This document shows positions 57,390 to 64,000 of a stretch of 64,000 nucleotides of DNA, piece after piece. This stretch comes from Candidatus Bathyarchaeia archaeon. Its GTDB lineage: Archaea > Thermoproteota > Bathyarchaeia > 40CM-2-53-6. How positions within the stretch are numbered: the first letter of the stretch is position 1; each line of letters begins with the position of its first letter. The translations under genes and the position numbers were made by a program. The notes under the pieces were generated by a model. It saw only the letters and a program-made list of their open reading frames with translations, was not told the origin of the DNA and searched no databases. The stretch lies in the NCBI GenBank assembly GCA_050013255.1, contig JBEKFP010000002.1, positions 128,001-192,000 of the forward strand, written 5' to 3'.

Positions 57390-58318
57390 ATATCCAGTTT
57401 CAGTGATTCTTTGAGGCCCTTGTACCTGTTCCGGACAGTAACTTCAGTAACGTTAGCTACCTCAGCTATCTCCTTCTGGGTCTTCTTTTCCCCTTCTAGG
57501 ACGCACGCTACGTAGAGTGACGCTGCCGCAAGCCCCATGGGGTCTTTTCCGGCAACAATTCCCTTCATCTTTGCCTCGTTGATTATCTTAATCGCACGTT
57601 GCTGTGTGGGCATTGAAATTTCGACTTTCGTGGCAATCTTCGAAATGCATTTAACCGGATCTTCGACTGGCATTCGGAGGTCTAATTCGCGGACGAGTAG
57701 TCTATAACACCTTGCAACATCTTTCTTTCGAATCCTACTCGCAGCGGACACGTCTTTCAGTGTTCTCGGGGTTTCGGAAATCCTACAAGCTGCATAGAGT
57801 GATGCTGCGGCAATTGCAGCTATCGAACGACCTCTGACAAGTCCGTTGTCGAGGGCTTTTCTGTAGACTATGGCAGCTCGTTCCTTTATGGAGGCTGGTA
57901 TGTGCAACATGTCTGTTAGGCGGTCAAGTTCGGCCATTGCTTGAGCAAGATTCCTATCGGCCGAGGAGTGTACACGTGTTCTGATTTGCCACTTCCTTAG
58001 GCGAAGCATTTCAAGCCTGGTTGCTAGCGGAAGTTGACGACCGTACGCGTCTCGGTTGACGCGGTCGATGACCGTTGAAAGGCCCTTATCATGAATAGAG
58101 AATGACGTTGGGATACCCACGCGCCCGCGTTCATCCTTCTCTTCCTTCGTGAAGGCACGCCATTCGGGCCCTTGGTTCAGGGAATGTTCGCTGATAACCA
58201 AACCGCAATTCTGGCAGATTATCTCGCCTTGATCATAGTCCTCTACTAAGTTCGTGCTCCCACATTCGGGGCAGTTGGTTAGTTTTCCAACTTTCTTCGT
58301 TGTCGTGCTCGCACTCAA
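57386..58318 (-). CDS. tfb: Transcription initiation factor IIB
   Basis: CPECGS...CQNCG zinc ribbon, GPEWRAF, HDKGLST, LVRGRS and VTEVTVRNRYK. Confidence 0.97.
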   Translation of the reverse strand: MSASTTTKKVGKLTNCPECGSTNLVEDYDQGEIICQNCGLVISEHSLNQGPEWRAFTKEEKDERGRVGIPTSFSIHDKGLSTVIDRVNRDAYGRQLPLATRLEMLRLRKWQIRTRVHSSADRNLAQAMAELDRLTDMLHIPASIKERAAIVYRKALDNGLVRGRSIAAIAAASLYAACRISETPRTLKDVSAASRIRKKDVARCYRLLVRELDLRMPVEDPVKCISKIATKVEISMPTQQRAIKIINEAKMKGIVAGKDPMGLAAASLYVACVLEGEKKTQKEIAEVANVTEVTVRNRYKGLKESLKLDI

Positions 58319-58604
58319 TTTCTTTCAACCTTTTCGATGCTTTACGCTCGGACCATCTCTCCTTAGTAGAACAACGCGGCGTCGTTCTGCTTCAGAACTT
58401 CGTCATCCGGCCCGAAAGCTATAATAACCACGCCTGCACACTATTTAAAGCTTGTGTCGAATTTCGCTGTTTCTACTCCAGTCGTTGAATTTCGCCACGT
58501 TTTCACGCAATATGTGTCAAGTTATGTGGATTAATGCTTTATCATTTGATAATGGCCTTTAATGTTGCTTCACGAGCCCATTTGGGGTGATTTAAAGCCA
58601 GAAT

Positions 58605-58856
58605 TCAATCAAGCGCCTTCCGGAAGTATACGTGATCAGATTCTCTACGCAAGAAACGTGCGTACCTTCCACATTCCGATACGAGCATGGGTTGCAAGTC
58701 GTCGGGGGATGTGATGACTTCGATATTCAAGACTCTAAAACGGTTCTGTTCCGGATCTTTGCCGAACAGCTTTCGGAAATCGTCGAGGGCGAGTTCAGGT
58801 GACAGCGGATCCTTCATGTCAATGACCACTGGGATCCTTCTGATTGGTACTTTCAC
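58605..58856 (-). CDS. Small protein, last gene of the crenactin operon (arcadin-3-like position)
   Basis: GTG at 58856 lies 7 nt after the upstream stop; similar to 19161-19457. Confidence 0.65.
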   Translation of the reverse strand: MKVPIRRIPVVIDMKDPLSPELALDDFRKLFGKDPEQNRFRVLNIEVITSPDDLQPMLVSECGRYARFLRRESDHVYFRKALD

Positions 58857-58863
58857 GACTACT

Positions 58864-59529
58864 TCAACCGGCAATAGGCTCGTCTCCAGATCTGCCGCGT
58901 TTGGAAAGAACATCTAACCAGGGGTTATTCGAAAAGAAAGCCGGAAGTTGTGACCCAGAAATACTGGGGCTGGGAAATATAGGTTCGTGTCGAGCAATCC
59001 GAGAAAGCGTGGGTTCTCTTGTATCTGTTTGCGTCTCGGAATTGCGCCTTAAGGTTTTCAGGTCGTCGCGAAGTGTGGCTATGGTTCTCTCCATTTCCGT
59101 GTACATTGATTTCAAGCTGGCCAGTTCAGTGAATAGACCTGGGTCGGGAGTCTGAGATGTTTGTGCCATCAGCTTTGTGGGTTGCACTAGTTGCGGAGCA
59201 ACGACTTCGTCGATCCTGCGTTCGTCGAAAAGGAGCAAGCCTATTCCATAAGGCTTGAAGACTGCGGCGTCAATGGAAGCTCCCAGTAATCGTGGTGCGG
59301 CCAAATAGAGGAATTGAGATGAATTCCGAAGGGACGTCAGGCTGAGTATGGCCTCAATAACCCTGTTTCTCTCAACGAAATCCTCGCTCCTCAAAATGAC
59401 GACATGAACTTTCTCGGAACCTGAAATGAATGCGAGGTTATTTTGCGGTATTTCGGACTTTTCGGTCTGATGCATGCCCATTGCTAGAAAGTAGTGAAGC
59501 AACCTGTCCTCGATAGGTAAGTCAGCCAC
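58864..59529 (-). CDS. Arcadin-2-like crenactin-binding protein
   Basis: Overlaps the crenactin stop by 8 nt; alpha/beta domain, coiled coil, then terminal NNPWLDVLSKR resembling the arcadin-2 C-terminal helix (recalled as ENEWVKILRSKR). Confidence 0.7.
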   Translation of the reverse strand: MADLPIEDRLLHYFLAMGMHQTEKSEIPQNNLAFISGSEKVHVVILRSEDFVERNRVIEAILSLTSLRNSSQFLYLAAPRLLGASIDAAVFKPYGIGLLLFDERRIDEVVAPQLVQPTKLMAQTSQTPDPGLFTELASLKSMYTEMERTIATLRDDLKTLRRNSETQTDTREPTLSRIARHEPIFPSPSISGSQLPAFFSNNPWLDVLSKRGRSGDEPIAG

Positions 59530-60799
59530 TGAGCTTCATCCACCCCTCGAGGCGTTGCCAATCCCACCCGTAGTTATCAGGGACAGCGAAGCCATAGATT
59601 ATGCAGCCATGCCAGACCGAAAATTGAGGTGATTTTGTCATCTTGACGGAGACATTCTTGATTCCCTTCTGTCGAAGTAGCAACTTGATTTTTGTGGGGG
59701 CGTCGACCGCAGTATCTTCGAGGCGTTCAGGAACGATCCAGCTGAAGTTCCCGCCAGACAACAACACCTCACGGTAGAGCATCGGTTGGAGTTCAACTGG
59801 GCAGCGCTCTACTGAGGCAACAATGGCATCGCCGAAGTCTAGCATCCCGCGGAATATGGTATCGCCCATCTTAACGTCCCTAGGTCTCGGCATGCCGCGC
59901 CCGAAGTAGCTCTCGAAAATTTCGTGGTTCGGGTTAAACACGTATTCGCCAATCAGGAACCTACTCCACGAGTCTTTTTCTAAGTCAATCTCGACCCTGG
60001 TTCCTGGTACTTTGTACTTGGCCCTGAATTTTCGTGGCGACCTCTTCGCTTCATCTACGGCAGCGTCGAGGTCTGCCGGTACAAGCCCTATGTTTTCCTT
60101 GACTTTACGAACAAAAGCCTCTTCGTTGGCAAGGTCTCCGTATCCCGCGTCTTTCAATATCTCAGACGTAATTGCGTTTGCGTCGCCACCGCCTCGGTTG
60201 AGAACAACTTGCGCTGCGCGGATGGGGTACTTAGAGATAGGGCAGACTTGACTATTGCCATGCCCGGATTCGATCACGACGCAAGTTGTCACACCATGAC
60301 CGATTGCGACGGCGAACGGCTGAGGTATGACTGTTATCGCCTTGACATTTCCATTAGCGTTGTTTTGTCCGAAGAGTTCTAGGAGCCGTTCGTACATGTA
60401 GCGTGGTGATACTGACGAGAGTGACGCTACGACGTAGTATCCTTGGAAGCCATTGTTTGGTTCGGGTTTGAAGCTATTCAACCCGAAGTTAGTTAGGGCG
60501 CTTACCACTCGCCATGCAGTGTCATCGGCCCTGTCGATCATGCCGTTACGCATGGGATAAACTAAGCGACTTGATAGGTCATCGGCTGACTGTAGGTAGA
60601 GTGGAACGTCTTCTCCCACAATGATTTCATCTGTCGATTCAAAAGCCTTGTACACAACAGAGTTCTTGTCGGGAAAGTAACCTCGGTTGTTGACGATTCT
60701 CGGCGTCTCGCCGCATGTTATTGGACCAAACTTGAAGTCGCTTGTCCCGAAGTCCATAGCGAAAGTGTAGTGGCTTCGATAGTCGGTTTCTGCGGTCAT
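59522..60799 (-). CDS. Crenactin (archaeal actin homolog)
   Basis: YTFAMDFGTS.FKFGPIT, YPMRNG, PQPFAVAI, IESGHGNSQV.PIS, LNRGG..ANAIT.EILKD.GY, WSRFLIGE, LSGG.FSW and PQFSVW.G.IIYG...EGW follow the Pyrobaculum crenactin motif order. Confidence 0.92.
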   Translation of the reverse strand: MTAETDYRSHYTFAMDFGTSDFKFGPITCGETPRIVNNRGYFPDKNSVVYKAFESTDEIIVGEDVPLYLQSADDLSSRLVYPMRNGMIDRADDTAWRVVSALTNFGLNSFKPEPNNGFQGYYVVASLSSVSPRYMYERLLELFGQNNANGNVKAITVIPQPFAVAIGHGVTTCVVIESGHGNSQVCPISKYPIRAAQVVLNRGGGDANAITSEILKDAGYGDLANEEAFVRKVKENIGLVPADLDAAVDEAKRSPRKFRAKYKVPGTRVEIDLEKDSWSRFLIGEYVFNPNHEIFESYFGRGMPRPRDVKMGDTIFRGMLDFGDAIVASVERCPVELQPMLYREVLLSGGNFSWIVPERLEDTAVDAPTKIKLLLRQKGIKNVSVKMTKSPQFSVWHGCIIYGFAVPDNYGWDWQRLEGWMKLSG

Positions 60800-60987
60800 G
60801 CTCTCGACTCCTCTACAACCAAGCGATTGCCATCGATCCGCACTACGACCTCTTGATCTGGGCTGAACGGGAATGATGAATCTTTGACAATATCGGCTGG
60901 GATGTACAGAATCCCTGTTTTACTTCGATTGCTGCGGGTTGGTAGGATCATTTTTGCATAGCCTTCGAGCATCAGGTATTTCACCAT
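60796..60987 (-). CDS. Small AbrB/SpoVT-like swapped-hairpin protein, first gene of the crenactin operon
   Basis: LYIPADIVKDSSFPFSPDQEVVVRIDGNRLVVE; ATGA overlap with the crenactin start. Confidence 0.75.
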   Translation of the reverse strand: MVKYLMLEGYAKMILPTRSNRSKTGILYIPADIVKDSSFPFSPDQEVVVRIDGNRLVVEESRA

Positions 60988-61117
60988 GCAATCAACAATG
61001 CAAACTAGCTGCCCTTGAGTTGGAGATTTAACGGCGCCAGGGAAGGCTGGGGGTAGTGAGTCGAGTAAAACTAAAGCGCACTCCTAGGATAGGAACGTTG
61101 GATGAGGGCCCACCTAA

Positions 61118-61543
61118 ATGGTCACCTACATAACGCGGGACCAACTGCAATTCATAATGAACCATGCTCGTTCGACGTATCCTGAGGAGTGCTGCGGCTT
61201 TCTCTTGGGCAGTGATTCTGACCCTCGAATAATAGGGCGCGCGCTATCGGCCCAGAACACCAATCGAGGTTCGCGCAAAAATCGATTCAACATTGATCCG
61301 ATGGAACTCGTACGGGCGGACGAAGAAGCACATAGGGCCAACCTCGATTTGATAGGAATCTATCACTCACACCCTGACGGACCTCCTCAGCCTTCGCAGG
61401 TCGATCTAGAGAACGCGTGGCCATGGTATACCTATTTGGTTGTATGTGTGGAAAACGGAGAACCAAAGGGCGTGGCAGCATGGATCCTCAGTGAAGACCG
61501 CTCGACGTTTCATCTTGAAGATATGAGAGTCATGGCTGATTAA
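61118..61543 (+). CDS. JAMM/MPN+ (M67) metallopeptidase
   Basis: PEECCGFL and YHSHPDGPPQPSQVD (E...HxH-x7-S-x2-D). Confidence 0.92.
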   Translation: MVTYITRDQLQFIMNHARSTYPEECCGFLLGSDSDPRIIGRALSAQNTNRGSRKNRFNIDPMELVRADEEAHRANLDLIGIYHSHPDGPPQPSQVDLENAWPWYTYLVVCVENGEPKGVAAWILSEDRSTFHLEDMRVMAD

Positions 61544-61548
61544 GCGGA

Positions 61549-61806
61549 TCAAGGGAATCTTACAGATTCCTCTACCTCAACAGAAAAGCCAATTTGGTTT
61601 TGTTCTGCCACGGGCTTCAATATTTCTTCAATTCGATTCCTCTGCATGCTAGGGCCCTCATAGGTGAGCGAGAACTCTTTTCCAGGTACTACGACCGAGT
61701 GAACTTCTTTTTTGAACCCAGCGGTGGCCAATGCTGTGTCGACTTCCTTTAGAGCTTGAATCGGGAAAGCTTCGCCCTTCGAAGAGAGGTTTACTAATAG
61801 TAGCAT
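61549..61806 (-). CDS. Small hypothetical protein (ferredoxin/ACT-like pattern)
   Basis: 85-aa ORF with alternating beta/alpha pattern; convergent with the JAMM gene. Confidence 0.6.
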   Translation of the reverse strand: MLLLVNLSSKGEAFPIQALKEVDTALATAGFKKEVHSVVVPGKEFSLTYEGPSMQRNRIEEILKPVAEQNQIGFSVEVEESVRFP

Positions 61807-61913
61807 GGGCTCTCACTTTGCGTGTGCTGCCACGGAATGATAAACGCTGCTACGCGAAGGCTACAGGCTATTCCTTAAGAAATGACAAATGAGATAGCAA
61901 ATCCAGTGAAGGA

Positions 61914-62270
61914 ATGACTATGTTCGAGCATCGTAAAGACCCACTAATCTCACGGGCAGCGTTCTTGAAACGCGTAGTTCGCTATGCGCTAATCGCCTTT
62001 GCAATCGATGCCGGTTCCTTGGCGGTCGGCGTAATAGGCTACCATGTCTTCGAAGGCCTTAGTTGGGTTGATTCGCTTCTTAATGCTGCGATGCTGCTTG
62101 GAGGTATGGGTCCGGTGAATGAATTGCATACAACTTCTGGAAAGTTGTTCGCTTCATTCTACGCAATTTACTGTGGCGTGATATTCCTGGTCGTCGCGGG
62201 AATCCTGCTTGCCCCAATAATTCATCGTTTCATTCACCACTTTCACCTTGAAGCGGACAGCTCGACCTGA
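61914..62270 (+). CDS. Small membrane protein with ion-channel pore-like TM-helix-TM pattern
   Basis: EGLSWVDSLLNAAMLLGGMGP...SGKLFASFYA; lacks the TVGYG filter. Confidence 0.7.
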   Translation: MTMFEHRKDPLISRAAFLKRVVRYALIAFAIDAGSLAVGVIGYHVFEGLSWVDSLLNAAMLLGGMGPVNELHTTSGKLFASFYAIYCGVIFLVVAGILLAPIIHRFIHHFHLEADSST

Positions 62271-62298
62271 AACGAGAGCGTGCTCGCGGACGCTTCTC

Positions 62299-63147
62299 TC
62301 AAGGCTTGCTGTACCGTTTCTTCATGGCTACTATTACAGTGAACACGATAACGAGGCCGAAGATCGATAGAAATACGGGCAGGAATGCTTCGGATGTATT
62401 CTGGGTTGACCCTGTAGTAGTCAGACTCGAAACGACCGTCCCAATATTCTGAAGCCTTTGGAATGATGTCGTCGTGTATGAGAGGGTTGTGCTCTGGACT
62501 GTTGTATTGTAGGTGTATGCGATGAAGGAAATGGGGTTGTATGCACCGTAGGGTCTTTGTGTAGTAAACAGGAATGCGTACACTCCTGTCTTGGGCGGGG
62601 TCCATTCGAAGTCGTACGAGGAGGCGAATTCCTTCACGATCGAAGGCCCAAAGTTATTTCCACAAAAGTAACCGTTGAACGTATTCAGCTGGTTCAAGTC
62701 TAAGAGATAGAAATTAACCGGGCTTGCAGTCGCAAGATGGACTCTGATTTCCTGTGACGCCATCGCGTTGAACACAAAGTAATCGTAATAGAGGCATATG
62801 TGTTCCGGCGCTTCAAATGAAGGAAGTATCATGAGCCCACTTATCTCTTCATACTGCCCGAGGGTGAATGAGCCTGTTCGGTAATCGTAGTCATATGGCC
62901 TCTGCAGGTAGGCTATCATTCCTGTATTGGTTGCTGTAGAATAGGCCGTTGATGATACAGTCGTGACGATTGTAGATGTGTAGTACTCGGTTATGGTCTG
63001 TGTCATCGAAACTAGCTGGCTACTAGCCGGTTGGTAAGCCAATGGAACGAGAATTCCCGAAATGATCAACATTGCGAGTATCTGTATACGCATCCAATAT
63101 CGCCGACAATCATTTCTTTGATTCTTGTCCGTGCGTGCGAGCGGCAA
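62299..63147 (-). CDS. Secreted Thr/Ser-rich protein with C-terminal membrane anchor
   Basis: Signal peptide, Thr-rich linkers around a beta domain, TM plus KKR. Confidence 0.7.
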   Translation of the reverse strand: MPLARTDKNQRNDCRRYWMRIQILAMLIISGILVPLAYQPASSQLVSMTQTITEYYTSTIVTTVSSTAYSTATNTGMIAYLQRPYDYDYRTGSFTLGQYEEISGLMILPSFEAPEHICLYYDYFVFNAMASQEIRVHLATASPVNFYLLDLNQLNTFNGYFCGNNFGPSIVKEFASSYDFEWTPPKTGVYAFLFTTQRPYGAYNPISFIAYTYNTTVQSTTLSYTTTSFQRLQNIGTVVSSLTTTGSTQNTSEAFLPVFLSIFGLVIVFTVIVAMKKRYSKP

Positions 63148-63271
63148 TTTCGCTCAATTAGCATCGATCGAGCGGCCTCTTAAGCAACATGAAAGTCACC
63201 TTAGCACACTTTTCTTTCGACTCTAGCGAGCTTCGCCGAACGGCTTTGACAAAGAACTCTTTTCACACATT

Positions 63272-63820
63272 TCAAATGATGACACGACGTCGAGTGCGTA
63301 CGATTATGATTCCCGCACTCAACGCGGCGAAAACGATGATTCCCAAGCCAAGATTGAACTCTGGCACTGGCGTAGCGCTACCTACTTGAATGGTCGCATT
63401 ACTTACCCTCTGGTAATCGAACAAGTAAAATCCGTTTGTTCCTCCTGCGCGGATAACATACACGTGAATCCCTAGTGGCCATGTTCCGTTGGATGAAGGG
63501 GTTGTTACAGAATTGATTGCCACGACGGTGAAGTTCGTAGCGCTGTAGCCTATAGGCGTGCTGCTAGATGATACGTAGTTGGAATTCATATCTACTAGGT
63601 CGACTCGAACTGAGTAGTAGTCAAGTCCAGTTGAGGCACATGAACCGGCCACGGTTGTATCCACCTGAATCTCCTCGTTAGGGTTAGCTTGGCGAGGGTA
63701 CGCATATGATACGTTACTGATCTGGCAGCGCGCTGCTGCTACGCTTGAACTTACCAGGAGGCCCAAAAGAAGGCCAGTCAGTAGAATAGAAGCAAACCAA
63801 ACTACATTCTTCATGTTCAA
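63272..63820 (-). CDS. Secreted Ig-like protein with PEF-CTERM-like sorting signal
   Basis: Signal peptide, several N-x-S/T sequons, then VPEF + TM + RTRRR. Confidence 0.75.
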   Translation of the reverse strand: MNMKNVVWFASILLTGLLLGLLVSSSVAAARCQISNVSYAYPRQANPNEEIQVDTTVAGSCASTGLDYYSVRVDLVDMNSNYVSSSSTPIGYSATNFTVVAINSVTTPSSNGTWPLGIHVYVIRAGGTNGFYLFDYQRVSNATIQVGSATPVPEFNLGLGIIVFAALSAGIIIVRTRRRVII

Positions 63821-63933
63821 TCGCCTTCCGTTCTTCGGATGCAGTTGGTAGGCCGAGGGAAAAACTGTTGTGTACCGTGGGTTTCACGGTGTGATTTTTG
63901 GTGGGTAGTTAAACATATTCTGGTTGACTAGAT

Positions 63934-63962
63934 TGGACACACCCAAGCGTCAGGTGTGTCCA
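63934..63962. terminator. 10-bp stem-loop (tggacacacc-N9-ggtgtgtcca), possible terminator or regulatory hairpin
   Basis: Perfect inverted repeat in intergenic DNA near the window end. Confidence 0.3.
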
Positions 63963-64000
63963 TTTCCAAAAAGAGGGACAGAGAGCCCCAACCGCCCCAT

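Noticed and set aside
58459-58552. Short direct repeat gaatttcgc and palindrome ttatca-tt-tgataa upstream of tfb
   Set aside because: Short and AT-rich; could arise by chance and has no supporting evidence.
61914-62270. Potassium channel
   Set aside because: Pore-like layout but no TVGYG filter; left as a channel-like membrane protein.
1-64000. CRISPR array, rRNA or intact IS/transposase/integrase
   Set aside because: No regularly spaced repeats, rRNA-like tracts or catalytic motifs were recognised by eye; short or degenerate elements could have been missed.

Overview
A 64-kb segment of an archaeal chromosome, inferred to be from the TACK group and Bathyarchaeia-like. The markers are TFB, Rpo12, aIF1/SUI1, an EndA with the crenarchaeal-type loop, crenactin, archaeal GlyRS, CofE, a PEF-CTERM-like tail and frequent TTG/GTG starts. 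Positions 1-18 kb are a heavily remodelled surface-glycan locus: GT4, GT2 and GT-C transferases, pyruvyltransferase-family genes, an epimerase, a flippase and at least three gene relics. This locus also holds a borosin (OphMA/SonM)-like methyltransferase beside a PP-loop protein, and it ends at an RHH-PIN toxin-antitoxin pair. Positions 19-64 kb are mostly housekeeping: cofE, two tandem membrane pyrophosphatases, an aminotransferase, rpo12, mgtA, tatAC, an ABC transporter, sdhAB, glyS, endA, a DRG-like GTPase, aIF1, tfb and a JAMM protease. Three candidates stand out. (1) A two-gene unit encoding a membrane protein plus a 917-aa fusion of two CDC48-like AAA domains to a Lon-type protease domain (53731-57389). 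(2) A variant 'arcade' crenactin operon (58605-60987), whose last gene looks like a cysteine-depleted paralog of a 4-Cys protein at 19161-19457. (3) The archaeal borosin-like methyltransferase (4398-5240). No rRNA, tRNA or CRISPR array was recognised. All family calls come from motif recognition by eye, not from database searches.
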